Under the pieces are notes generated by a model. The model was given only the letters and a program-made list of their open reading frames with translations, did no database searches and had not been told where the DNA came from. This document shows positions 19,534 to 31,000 of a stretch of DNA of 64,000 nt, piece after piece. The first letter of the stretch is position 1. Every line of letters starts with the position of its first letter. Both the position numbers and the translations under genes were made by a program. Origin of the DNA: a virus (Duplodnaviria; Caudoviricetes); the IMG/VR virus record IMGVR_UViG_3300030376_004189, positions 13,820 through 77,819 of that record; one strand, 5' to 3'.

Positions 19534-21393
19534 ATGTCAAAGGTAAGAGCCGAACAGTATACTAACAGATTGGGGACAGGTGCTCCAGAGATACCTTATG
19601 GTGTTACAGTTCCAGAAGGTGCTTCAATAGATGGTGCTGGTGGACTGAATATTACTGGTATTGCAACTGCTGGAACATTTAAGGGAAATCTTACTGGAGA
19701 TGTAAGTGGAAATGTAACAGGTCTTGCTGCGACATTCACTGGTCCTGTGACGATTGGTGGAACATTAACATATGAAGACGTAACAAATATTGATGCTGTT
19801 GGTGTTATAACTGCAAGAGATGGTCTTAAAGTAACTGGTGGTAATTTAAATGTAGGAACTGCGATTACTGCATATGGTTCTACTGGAATTGTAAGTGCTA
19901 CTTCATATAGAGGGGATGGTTCGCAATTAAGTGGTATAGAAGCTGCTCCAACGATACAAGCAGTAGCAAGTGGAGCTATTGCTGCTAATAAACCAGTACG
20001 CTTAAACGAAGATGGAACTATAAGTGAGATAAAAAACACTAATATTAGTGCTGCTACTGGTTCCAATACAGATATTCCACATCAATATAACCCCATAGTT
20101 AAAGCCGCAGTATGGATTTCAAGTACAAAATTTGTATTATTCTGGATAGCAGATGATGACAGCGATAAACTAATCGCAGCCGTAGGTACTGCTAGTGGAA
20201 CAACTATTACTTATGGAACTAGAACAGTTATAGATGGAGGTAATACTGCATATAGAGTTAGTGCTGTTTATGATTCTTCAATAGAGGTTGTCCTTGTTGC
20301 TTACTCTTCTCAAGGTGGTGCTGGTAGAATTAAAGGACTGACAGTTAGTGGAACAACAATTACCATAAATGCTACAGATCATAATACAGGTGACGCAACA
20401 AGCACTTGTGACATTGCATCAGATAATAAAGGTGGGTTTGTTTTTGCTTGGGTGAACACTAGTCAACAATGGCAAGTAAAAGCGGGAACTGTAACTAGTG
20501 CTGGAGCAATATCGGTTGGAAGTCAAATTCATATAGCTAATAGCCGCACTATTTCAAATGACTATAATACGATGAGAATATGTTATGACAGTACAAGTGA
20601 TGCTTGGGTCAGTATTTGTAGGTTTAACAATAATACAGATTATTCGATTTGCACTAGGTCAGGCACAATAGTTACTGAAACTAGTAGTAACACACCTCCA
20701 ACCATAATATCTGGTACTGATAATAGTAATGTTAATATTGTCTATTACGCAACTGAGCAGCGATTCTTGATTACAAGTAGAAGTAATTCAAGTCCTTATG
20801 GTCTGAAATATGCTACTCCCAAAATGAATCCTGGAACTACAGCTTTAGACTCTGGAGGTACTGGAACTTGGAATGAAGGAGCACAAGATAATGCAGGATA
20901 CATGGCTTATGATGTAGGTTCAAATAAAGCTTTTTATATTTTTGCTGACGACACAAATGGTGTTACAAAACTCCTAACAATTACTCTTAATGCTAGTGGT
21001 ACGACTGGTGGTACTGGTAGTGTTGTAGCTGAACAACTAGAGAGTTATAAGGAACAATATGGTTTAGCTGTTGCTTGTAATGGAGAAGGTATGGTGTTGA
21101 CTGGTGTAGATAAATCAGACGATTCAGATGTCAATACAAGACTTAAGCAACTTGCAGTTACGGTATCAAACCTAAAAGCAGATAATAGTTTTATAGGGTT
21201 TTCAGGTGATGCAATTTCAGATTCAGCGTCAGGAACAATAAAGGTAGTTGGTAATATTGCAACTGCATCTGGTTTAACTCCTTCAAAGAGATACTATGTT
21301 CAAAAGGACGGTACAGTATCTAAGGGAGCAGATGATCCAAGCGTAGTAGCTGGAGTTTCTTTAAGCTCTACAACGATACTTATTAAAGGTTAA
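19534..21393 (+). CDS. fibre array class A receptor-binding protein (copy 2)
   Basis: 619 aa; same N- and C-terminal modules as 14142, divergent centre. Confidence 0.75.
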   Translation: MSKVRAEQYTNRLGTGAPEIPYGVTVPEGASIDGAGGLNITGIATAGTFKGNLTGDVSGNVTGLAATFTGPVTIGGTLTYEDVTNIDAVGVITARDGLKVTGGNLNVGTAITAYGSTGIVSATSYRGDGSQLSGIEAAPTIQAVASGAIAANKPVRLNEDGTISEIKNTNISAATGSNTDIPHQYNPIVKAAVWISSTKFVLFWIADDDSDKLIAAVGTASGTTITYGTRTVIDGGNTAYRVSAVYDSSIEVVLVAYSSQGGAGRIKGLTVSGTTITINATDHNTGDATSTCDIASDNKGGFVFAWVNTSQQWQVKAGTVTSAGAISVGSQIHIANSRTISNDYNTMRICYDSTSDAWVSICRFNNNTDYSICTRSGTIVTETSSNTPPTIISGTDNSNVNIVYYATEQRFLITSRSNSSPYGLKYATPKMNPGTTALDSGGTGTWNEGAQDNAGYMAYDVGSNKAFYIFADDTNGVTKLLTITLNASGTTGGTGSVVAEQLESYKEQYGLAVACNGEGMVLTGVDKSDDSDVNTRLKQLAVTVSNLKADNSFIGFSGDAISDSASGTIKVVGNIATASGLTPSKRYYVQKDGTVSKGADDPSVVAGVSLSSTTILIKG

Positions 21394-21429
21394 TCCTTGA
21401 TCACCTAAATACCTAAAAAGTAATAACCA

Positions 21430-22119
21430 ATGTCAAAAGTCAGAGCCGATCAATATACTAATAAGGAAGGCACAGGTGCTCCTAGTTTTCCGAATGGTGC
21501 TAGTATAACTGGTGTTCTAACTGCAACATCATTTAGTGGTAGTCTTGCTGGTAGTGCTTCTACTGCAACTGTTGCTACTAATGCTTATGGGTTAGTAGGA
21601 AGTCCTAATATTAATGTTGGATCTGTCACTGGAACGACAGGAACCTTTAGTGGTAATGTAAGTGTTGGTGGAACTTTAACGTATGATGATGTAACAAATA
21701 TAGATTCGGTTGGTCTTGTAACAGCAAGAACAGGTGTAAGAGTAACTGCTGGTGGAATAAATGTAACTGCTGGAGTATCTACATTTTCTGGTGGAACAAA
21801 TATTACAGGAAGTCAGACATCAAATATAAGTGCAATGGGTGCAAATGCAGTAGATTGTTCTGCAGGTAACTACTTTACAAAGACAATTACAGGAGCAACA
21901 ACATTTACCTTTACTAATGTTCCTACTGGTGTAGCATATACATTTACAATGGAAGTAACCTTAAATGGTTCTAATGCAATTACATGGCCAGCAAGTGTTA
22001 AATGGCCAGCAGACACAGCACCAACAATAACAGACGGTAAGACTCAATTATTTGTATTCATAACTGATGACGGTGGAACTAGATGGAGAGGTAGTTCAGT
22101 CGTAGATTATACCAACTAA
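21430..22119 (+). CDS. fibre array class B anchor/adaptor protein (copy 2)
   Basis: 229 aa; anchor motif, ends WRGSSVVDYTN. Confidence 0.75.
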   Translation: MSKVRADQYTNKEGTGAPSFPNGASITGVLTATSFSGSLAGSASTATVATNAYGLVGSPNINVGSVTGTTGTFSGNVSVGGTLTYDDVTNIDSVGLVTARTGVRVTAGGINVTAGVSTFSGGTNITGSQTSNISAMGANAVDCSAGNYFTKTITGATTFTFTNVPTGVAYTFTMEVTLNGSNAITWPASVKWPADTAPTITDGKTQLFVFITDDGGTRWRGSSVVDYTN

Positions 22120-22123
22120 TAAT

Positions 22124-25100
22124 ATGGATCTCGTCTCACAAAATTTATTAATGACTTCTGGTGGGAAGAAAGATCCTACTTATGTTGACGATGTTTTTTC
22201 GACGTATCTTTATAAAGGAAATGGAGTTGGGAAAAATATATCGAATGGAATAAAACTTGGTAATAGCAATGCAGGAAATAGTGTTGATTTTGCTAATAAT
22301 GGTACTCTTGTAGTACCAACAAGTGCAGATTTTAAATTTGGAACAGGTGCTTTTACAATAGAATTTTTTATTTATTATGTCTTGGCTACTGACTACGTAT
22401 CTATTTTTGATGGTCGTCCTGTTAATACTAATGGGAACCAGACCACAATGGGGTTGTTTACTAATGGTCAACTTAACTGGTGGAGTTTGGGTGCTAATGC
22501 TGCTGTAATAGCAAATTCATCATCAACACAACTAACAGGAAATGCATGGACTCATGTTGCATATGTTAGGGAAGGAACGGGTGCAAATGAAGCAAAAATG
22601 TATTTCAATGGATCTCTTGTAGGAACAGGAACAGATAATCAAGATTATGCTATTAATCAACTTTGTAGAATTGGTGGTCATCCTTGGTCTCCAGGAACAT
22701 CAAATATATCAATATCTAATTATCGTGTTATAAAAGGAACAGCACTTTATACATCTAACTTTACCCCACCTACCCAAGCACTCACAGATATAAGTGGTAC
22801 TGTACTTTTATGTTGTCAATCAAGTTCCGATCCTTTTGCTGCAACTGTAACTCCTGGTGCTATTACTATTGGTTCACAGGGACAAGCTGCTAATCCATCT
22901 GCTCAGTCATTTGGTCCATTTACTGCAACTGATGGTGAAGGTGGTTTGGTCTGGATTAAATCTCGAACAAATACTTATAATCATATTTTGCAAGACACAG
23001 TAAATGGAACAGGTAAATTTTTAAAGTCTAATGGTAATGATGCTGCAACAAATACTAATCAATACATAACTTCTTTTGACAATAGTGGATATACTCTTGG
23101 TTTTGATAATGATATTAATAACGGTAGTCAAAACTTCTCATCATGGTCATTCCGTAAAGCAAAAGGATTCTTTGATATTGTTACTTGGACTCAAAGTGGA
23201 TCGGATGGAGCAGCAAGGACTATATCTCACAGTTTGGGAAGTATTCCTGGTTTCATAATGTTGAAGCAAACTACTGGAACTGAAAACTGGATTTGTTATC
23301 ATCGAGATTTTACTACTAATCAATTTATTAAGTTAAATAGTAACCATACTGTTGGTACTGATGCTAATGCTTCAGTTAATAGTGTAAGTTCTACTCAATT
23401 TGTTGTAGGTGCTGATAATAATAAAGTTGGTAGCTATGTAGCCTACGTATTCGCAGGAGGTGCTTCGACTGCTGCGACTGCAAGATCTGTTCATTTGGAT
23501 GGTAATGATTATTTAAGTCTTGCTGATACTACTGATTTGGAACCAGGTTCTGGCGATTTTACAATAGAAGCTTGGGTTAAACCTGATTCAGATGCAACCA
23601 GTTATGATTATGTTTTTTCTAATGGATGGGGGCAACAAATATCATGGTATCATAGTGGATCAGGAGAGACGAAATTTAGGGCTTGGTTTAATGATGCAGA
23701 AGATAGTAATTATAATGTAAGTTTAAATTCTAATTGGGCTTGTGCTCCAAGAGGGGCATGGAGTCATGTAGCTGTAGTGAGGAATGGTAATGTTTTTACT
23801 TTATATGTAAATGGTAAGGCTGAAACTAGTGTAACGGCAAGTTTTACTGTATCTGCTAATACAGATTTACCTTTGATAGGAGAGTTTGGTGGGTCTGGTG
23901 GTAGTTCTTATGCTATGAAAGGAAAGATATCTAATTTTCGATATACAAAAGGTCAAGCACTTTATACAACATCATTTACACCATCAACTGAACCTTTAAC
24001 AACTACTTCTCAAGGTGCAACAGCAAGTAATGTAAAACTCTTATGTTGCAATAACTCATCTACTACAGGTTCAACCGTAACTCCTGGAACGATTACTGCT
24101 AATGGAGATCCAACAGCAAGCACAGAAAGTCCATTCGATGATTCAGAAGGTTTCAAGTTTGGTGAGGAAGGAGATCAAAATCTAGTCAAGTGCGGTAGTT
24201 ATGTTGGAACAGCACAGGATAATGAAGGCCCAATGATTGATATGGGATTCGAGCCTCAGTGGATACTGATTAAAAATATTAATACCACAAATGATTGGCG
24301 TATGTTTGATTGTATGCGAGGGATAGCAACTGCAAGAGATTCTACTAATGGTCAAGATGCAAGATTCAATGCCAACGATGCTAGTGCTGAAACAGACAGC
24401 AATGACAAACTGGATTTAACATCTAGAGGTTATGTATGTATGGAGCAATCTCCTGATCTAAACGGTAATGGCAACACCATGATTTACATAGCAATCCGAA
24501 GGCCCGATGGTTATGTAGGAAAACCAGCAGAGGTAGGAACTGATGTATTTGCTATGGACACGGGTAGTAATAGTGGTACTATTCCTTGCTTTGATAGTGG
24601 TTTCGCTGCGGATTATGCTTTACAAAAACTATATACAGGTACTCAATATTGGCAATCTATCAGTCGTCTAACAGGTTATGGTAATTTAGAAACCAATCAA
24701 GCAAGAAAAGAGGAAGATTATACAGGATATATTTGGGATAGTAACTCAGGTATAAATATAAATTTCGACTCAACTAATCAAGCATGGATGTGGAAACGCC
24801 ACGCTGGTATGGATGTGGTGTGTTATAAAGGAAGTAGCTCTACCCCAGTAAAAACAGTAATGCATTCTTTAGGCAGAGTTCCTGAAATGATATGGATTAA
24901 GGCACGTGATGATGTTCAAAATTGGTTCGCATATCATAAGGGTCTAAATGGAGGAACTACTCCTTGGAATTATCATATAGTGCTTAATAGTTCAGACGCA
25001 GAAGGTGCATATAGTTTTATAAATCAACCAACTACGGTTGATTTTACTGTTAAATCAGCATGGCAAGCAAATGATGAGACTTATATCTCCATGCTCTTCG

Positions 25101-25411
25101 CCAGTGTTGAAGGTATCAGCAAGGTTGGTTATTACACAGGAACTGGTAGTAATCTCACAATTACAACTGGATTCCAACCAAGATTTGTACTTGTTAAAAA
25201 TACTACTGATGCTGGAATGAACTGGTTTATTCTTGATACTAGAAGAGGTTGGGGTGCTGGTAATGATCCATTCTTAGTATTAAATAATACTGCTGCACAA
25301 AATAGTGGAGATAATTTTGGTGCTCCAACAGCAACAGGATTTACATGGACTATATCTGGGGGTATGAATAATGCAAGCGGAAAAAATTACATATATTATG
25401 CTCATGCGTGA
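22124..25411 (+). CDS. fibre array class C tip protein with two LamG-like domains (copy 2)
   Basis: 1095 aa; two GTG/GSG-(A/D)FTIE LamG-like inserts; ends YIYYAHA. Confidence 0.75.
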   Translation: MDLVSQNLLMTSGGKKDPTYVDDVFSTYLYKGNGVGKNISNGIKLGNSNAGNSVDFANNGTLVVPTSADFKFGTGAFTIEFFIYYVLATDYVSIFDGRPVNTNGNQTTMGLFTNGQLNWWSLGANAAVIANSSSTQLTGNAWTHVAYVREGTGANEAKMYFNGSLVGTGTDNQDYAINQLCRIGGHPWSPGTSNISISNYRVIKGTALYTSNFTPPTQALTDISGTVLLCCQSSSDPFAATVTPGAITIGSQGQAANPSAQSFGPFTATDGEGGLVWIKSRTNTYNHILQDTVNGTGKFLKSNGNDAATNTNQYITSFDNSGYTLGFDNDINNGSQNFSSWSFRKAKGFFDIVTWTQSGSDGAARTISHSLGSIPGFIMLKQTTGTENWICYHRDFTTNQFIKLNSNHTVGTDANASVNSVSSTQFVVGADNNKVGSYVAYVFAGGASTAATARSVHLDGNDYLSLADTTDLEPGSGDFTIEAWVKPDSDATSYDYVFSNGWGQQISWYHSGSGETKFRAWFNDAEDSNYNVSLNSNWACAPRGAWSHVAVVRNGNVFTLYVNGKAETSVTASFTVSANTDLPLIGEFGGSGGSSYAMKGKISNFRYTKGQALYTTSFTPSTEPLTTTSQGATASNVKLLCCNNSSTTGSTVTPGTITANGDPTASTESPFDDSEGFKFGEEGDQNLVKCGSYVGTAQDNEGPMIDMGFEPQWILIKNINTTNDWRMFDCMRGIATARDSTNGQDARFNANDASAETDSNDKLDLTSRGYVCMEQSPDLNGNGNTMIYIAIRRPDGYVGKPAEVGTDVFAMDTGSNSGTIPCFDSGFAADYALQKLYTGTQYWQSISRLTGYGNLETNQARKEEDYTGYIWDSNSGININFDSTNQAWMWKRHAGMDVVCYKGSSSTPVKTVMHSLGRVPEMIWIKARDDVQNWFAYHKGLNGGTTPWNYHIVLNSSDAEGAYSFINQPTTVDFTVKSAWQANDETYISMLFASVEGISKVGYYTGTGSNLTITTGFQPRFVLVKNTTDAGMNWFILDTRRGWGAGNDPFLVLNNTAAQNSGDNFGAPTATGFTWTISGGMNNASGKNYIYYAHA

Positions 25412-25440
25412 TCCTATAAATATCTAAAAAGTAATAAACA

Positions 25441-26979
25441 ATGTCAAGAGCAAGAGACTTATCGAAATTAGGTAATCCTAATGTTATTGTAGCTGACACT
25501 GAAAGAGTTGGTTTTGGTACTCAAGTGCCTGAAAATGCCGCAAATGCTTCTTCCAGTTTGATAAGTGCTGGTATTGTTACTGCTGCAGTATACTATGGTG
25601 ATGGTTCTAATCTAGAAGGTGTTGCGAGTGCTGGATTAGGAACTGCTGTAGATGATACAAAGGATAGTATTGGACAGAACATATATTTTACAAATGCAGA
25701 GTTATCAATTAATGAAAATACAACTGTAAATGCTCCTGATACATCAAGCATTGCATATACACAGTATCAGCAAGTTACAGTTGAGAGTGGTTCAGAATTA
25801 ATTATTGCAGATGGAGATAGTTTTATACCAGACGTATTAGGTATTGGAACAGCACTTCAAGCATCTACTGCTGGTGCTGGTAATGGTTTATTTGGAACAG
25901 TTTATGCAGATAATATAGAAAATGCAGCAGGTAGAGGTGGTCCTAACTTCCCGCTAGGTATAACAGTAGCAGGTGTCTCTACTTTAGGTGGTAACGTAAG
26001 TATCGGTGGAACACTAACTTATGAAGATGTAACTAATGTAGACTCTATTGGTATAGTTACTGCAAGAAGTGGTATTAAGGTTATTGCTGGTGGTATTGAT
26101 GTTACTGGTAATTCTAATATTGTTGGTGATTTTGCTGTGGGTTCTCATTCTCCAACTGCTAGACTTGATGTTCGTCGTGGTGATGCTGACGGTAAGATCG
26201 CAGAACTTCATCAAGTCACTGGTTATGGACTTGATATTGGTTCAAGTGAAGCAGATGCGTATATTTCATCAGGTTATCTTCAAAACTTTATTCTTAAATC
26301 AAATCCAGGTGCAGGTCAAGTAGAAAGACTTCGTATAAGTAAGGATGGTGCTATTGGTCTTTCTGGTGCTAACTATGGAACATCAGGACAGGTAATGACT
26401 AGTCAAGGTAATAGTGCTGCTCCTCAATGGGCAGATGCTGGTGGTGGTGCATGGGAATTCGTATCATCTACTTCTCTTGGTGCTGATTACGGAGCATCTA
26501 CTTTTAATATAACAGGATTTACAACATCATATTCACAATACAAAATTGTTTTGAATGATGTTGGATTTGTTGGTGCAGCTGCAAAGAAACTTTATGCAAA
26601 ATTTTATATAGATGGTAGTCTTTATGGTGGTGCATCTCAAGCAACCTATTCTTGGTCTGCCGACAGAATAGAATGGCACGCTAATTCATCTGTTGGTGGA
26701 CAATATGGTAAATATGAAATGCAAATGTCAGTTGGTACATCTAATGCTCATTGGGGAGGAATAATTAATATGCCCATGCAACAGAATGCGGCCACTTCTA
26801 CTATGAGTCCGTATTGTTGGTCAGAACTACAGACAGATGACTATTACACTCGTGAGGGTTGTAAGGTTGGTAGTGCTAATAATACAACTACAACTGGGTT
26901 ACAATTATATAATGGAACGGATAGTGTTAATTTTGGAAATTATGGTAGAATTAGTGTTTACAGATTAAAGTTGTCTTAA
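25441..26979 (+). CDS. fibre array class D protein (copy 1)
   Basis: 512 aa; internal anchor (VYADNIENAAGRGGPNFPLG, GGTLTYEDVTN), C-terminal GGGAWE.VS domain; paralog of 42214. Confidence 0.75.
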   Translation: MSRARDLSKLGNPNVIVADTERVGFGTQVPENAANASSSLISAGIVTAAVYYGDGSNLEGVASAGLGTAVDDTKDSIGQNIYFTNAELSINENTTVNAPDTSSIAYTQYQQVTVESGSELIIADGDSFIPDVLGIGTALQASTAGAGNGLFGTVYADNIENAAGRGGPNFPLGITVAGVSTLGGNVSIGGTLTYEDVTNVDSIGIVTARSGIKVIAGGIDVTGNSNIVGDFAVGSHSPTARLDVRRGDADGKIAELHQVTGYGLDIGSSEADAYISSGYLQNFILKSNPGAGQVERLRISKDGAIGLSGANYGTSGQVMTSQGNSAAPQWADAGGGAWEFVSSTSLGADYGASTFNITGFTTSYSQYKIVLNDVGFVGAAAKKLYAKFYIDGSLYGGASQATYSWSADRIEWHANSSVGGQYGKYEMQMSVGTSNAHWGGIINMPMQQNAATSTMSPYCWSELQTDDYYTREGCKVGSANNTTTTGLQLYNGTDSVNFGNYGRISVYRLKLS

Positions 26980-27034
26980 CCATCTTGGTATGGATATAAA
27001 AGATCTTAACTAAATAACTAAAAAGTAATAAACA

Positions 27035-28069
27035 ATGTCAAGAATCAGAGTCGAAAGGATTACAAATAAAGAAGGCACAGGTGCTCCACTATTTCCGAAT
27101 GGAATACGTGTAGTAGGTCTGACTAGTTTATCTAATGTTATTGCTGGTGTTACTACTTTTACTAGTGACGTTAGTATTGGTGGAACTCTGACATATGAGG
27201 ATGTAACTAATATTGACTCGGTTGGAATGGTAACAGCAAGGACTGGAATTAAAGTTCTTGCTGGTGGTATTAATGCAGTTGGTGTTGTAACAGGAACAAG
27301 TTTTAGTGGTGGTGGAGATAATTTAACATTTACAAGTTTAAGTGCAACAAGTGTAGGAGGATATAATCAATTAAGTGCTCCATTTGGAACAACTGTAACT
27401 TATACTGTTAAAGTAATTACTAAAACTGCAGCACATAGGTATAATGGAAGTGGTAGTAGTAGTGGATATACTATAGATGGAGTAGAATCACCGTATCTTA
27501 CACTTACACCTGGTAGAACATATAAGTTTGATCAAGCAGACGGTAGTAATGCAAGTCATCAAATTAAGTTCTATCTAGATGCAGATAAGTCAGGATTATA
27601 TGAAGGTGGTGTAACTTACAACGGAACTGCTGGTAGTGCTGGTGCATATACACAGATAGTTGCGAATGACTATACTCCTACGGTACTTCATTATCAGTGT
27701 GTAAACCATGCATATATGGGTAATGCAGTTAATACAAGTTCAAACAGTTCGATGTCTGCAGAGTCATCTAATTTAACTGCAATGGCAGCAAACTCTGTTG
27801 ATTGTCGATTAGGAAATTATTTTACAAAGACAATTACAGGAGCAACAACATTTACATTTGATAATCCTCCTGCATCAGGAGTTGCTTATGGATTTACACT
27901 AGAAGTAACATTGAATGGATCAAATGCAATAACATGGCCTGGAACAGTTAAATGGAACGCAGATACAGCACCAACACTAACAGATGGTAAGACGCAGTTG
28001 TTTATGTTTGTTACTAATAATGGTGGGACTAGATGGAGAGGAAGTGCTCTAGTTGACTACGTGAATTAA
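27035..28069 (+). CDS. fibre array class B protein with cupredoxin-like insertion (copy 3)
   Basis: 344 aa; anchor motif, insert with SHQIKF and HYQCVNHAYMG, ends WRGSALVDYVN. Confidence 0.75.
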   Translation: MSRIRVERITNKEGTGAPLFPNGIRVVGLTSLSNVIAGVTTFTSDVSIGGTLTYEDVTNIDSVGMVTARTGIKVLAGGINAVGVVTGTSFSGGGDNLTFTSLSATSVGGYNQLSAPFGTTVTYTVKVITKTAAHRYNGSGSSSGYTIDGVESPYLTLTPGRTYKFDQADGSNASHQIKFYLDADKSGLYEGGVTYNGTAGSAGAYTQIVANDYTPTVLHYQCVNHAYMGNAVNTSSNSSMSAESSNLTAMAANSVDCRLGNYFTKTITGATTFTFDNPPASGVAYGFTLEVTLNGSNAITWPGTVKWNADTAPTLTDGKTQLFMFVTNNGGTRWRGSALVDYVN

Positions 28070-28070
28070 T

Positions 28071-31000
28071 ATGGATAATGTAACACGTTTATTGATGCAA
28101 GGTGCTGCAGGTGCTGCAGGTGGCGATCCTACTTATGTTGACGATGTTTTTTCGACGTATCTTTATAAGGGAGATGGTCAATCTGGGAGGGCAATTAGTA
28201 ATGGAATAAAATTAAGTAATAATAATGCTGGAAATGGTGTTACTTTTGACGCTAATGGTGATTATTTAACTACATCATCTAGTTCTGATTACTCTATGGG
28301 AACTGGTGATTATACAGTTGAATGTTGGGTCAAAATAAACACTGGAAAGGGTAATTATGGAATATTTCAGGGTGGTGGACTCAATACTAGTTATTTAACT
28401 GGACCGACTGTTTTTTATTACACTGGAAGTGGACTTAGTTTTGGTAACGGTGCTGAACATGGTACTAATACTCACCCTTCTCTTAACCAATGGTTTCACA
28501 TAGCCCTTGTTAAGAATGGTAGTAATACAACATTCTATTACAATGGAACTGATGTAAAAACAGTAAGTGATACCCATAACTACACGAATCAAAGTTTTGC
28601 TCTTGGTGGATATTACTCAAGTAGTTATTTGGGACCAATATCAATATCAAATTTCAGAGTAGTTAAAGGAACAGCAGTTTATACTTCATCATTTACGGTT
28701 CCAACTGAGTCATTAACAAACGTAACCAACACTAAACTTTTATGTTGTCAAGGATCATCAGTTACTGCTGCTACGGTGATTACTGGAACGATTACTGCGA
28801 ATGGAAATCCTAATATATCATCTGGTCCATTTACTGCGGATGATGGTGAAGGAGGGATGGTTTGGATAAAAGGTAGAACTGGTGGCGGTTATGGTCATCG
28901 ACTTGTTGATACTGTAAGAGGTGCGACTAAAGCTATAGAGTCTTATGACTCTACTGCAGAAGCTACGGAATCAAATGGACTTACTTCCTTTAACAACAAC
29001 GGATTTACATTAGGATCTCAAGGTCATTACAACGGAAGCGGTATGGAAATGTCCTCATGGACATTCCGTAAACAAAAAGGATTTTTTGATATTGTTACCT
29101 ACACAGGGAATAATACGGCAGGTCGTCAGATAGCTCATTCGCTCGGCTCTGTGCCAGGAATGATAATGGTGAAAAGACTTAGTGGAGCTAGTAATTGGGC
29201 GGTATATCACCGAGGAACAGATGCAACTGCTCCTGAAGATTATTGGATGACTTTAAATGCAACTTATGCAAGACAAGATCAACCTCATTGGAATGACACC
29301 AAACCTACCTCAACACATTTTACTGTAGGTAATGACTATGAAATTAACGGACCCAGTAGTCAAACCTATGTAGCCTACGTATTCGCAGGAGGTGCATCTG
29401 ATGAACCTGGTGCTGCAAGAAGCGTGGCTTGTGATGCATCGGGTGATTATTTAAGTCTTGGGAGTAGTTCTGATCTTGCTATGGGAACTGGTGATTTTAC
29501 AATTGAAGGATGGTATAAGATAAACGCTAAACAAAATTTTGGTTTCTTTATGAATGGACCTAGCGGTCTAAGTAGTACTTATGGAATAACTGTTTGGAAT
29601 TATACTAGTAGTAGTTATGGTCTTCAGTTTTTTGCTAATGGTACTTATCAAGCGACTGGTTTTACTCCTCCAGATGGACAGTGGTTTCATCTAGCTCTTG
29701 TTAGAAATAGTGGTACTACATCGTTATATTATAATGGGGAACTTCTAAAAGCAGCGGCTGATACTACTAACTATACTAATACTACATTCCAAATTGGTGG
29801 TTATGATTCAGCACCCTATTTGATGAATGGATCAGTATCTAATTTCAGAATAGTAAAAGGAACAGCAGTTTATACCTCATCATTTAAACCACCCACTCAA
29901 GGATTAGCAGCTATAACTAACACAGTTCTTTTATGTTGTAATAAAAATACCGTAACAGGTTCAACTGTAACTCCTGGAACGATTACTTCTAATGGCAATC
30001 CGCAGTCATCAACAGATACCCCCTTCGATGACCCTGCTGGTTTTGTCTTTGGTGAAGGAAAAGATCAAAATCTAGTCAAGTGCGGGAGTTATAAAGGTAC
30101 TGGAACGGGAACAGGACCAGAGATTAATTTAGGATTTGAACCCGAATTCCTCATAGTGAAGAACGTTACCTCCGCTAATTCGTGGTTCATGTTTGACAGT
30201 ATGAGAGGAATTACTACTGGATATAATGATTTTGAGTTTTATGCTGACAGCTCTTCAGACGAGGTTTCAGTTGATAGATTATCTCTTACTCCAACAGGTT
30301 TTAAGCTAAAGGACGGTGAAGCAGGTGGTTTAAATACTGGTGACACTCATCTCTACATAGCAGTCCGAAGGCCCGATGGTTATGTAGGAAAACCAGCAGA
30401 GGTAGGAACTGATGCATTCGCTATGTCTATGGGATCATCAGCCAATAACTTCACTCCTTCATTTATTAGTGGATGGCCTGTTGATACGGGAATTATGAGG
30501 AACCCTACTGGGTCTTCAGAATGGTACACACATAGTCGTTTAACAGGTCAGAGATACGTTGAAACAAATACAACTGATGCAGAGGCATCTGCTGGTACAA
30601 ACTGTATATGGGATTCAATGACTGGTTTCTTCAAAAATCAGGGTAGTAACGTGCAGGGATGGATGTGGAAACGCCACGCTGGTATGGATGTGGTGTGTTA
30701 TATTGGTAAAGGAGGTACTTTGGCTGCTTACGCCCATAGCCTCGGAAAAATCCCAGAAATGATATGGGTCAAACGTAGAGATGGTGGTAATCCGTGGAGT
30801 GTTTATCATAAAGGATTAAATGGAGGTAGTAACCCAGAAGGATATGGTGTTCAATTAAATACAAGTGCTGCTGAAGCTGCTAGTTCAAGCAGATGGGGGA
30901 ATACTGCACCAACATCAACCCATTTCTTTGCTGGAGGAAATACAGGTACAAATAACGCCGATTCTACTTACATAGCCATGCTCTTCGCCAGCGTTGAAGG

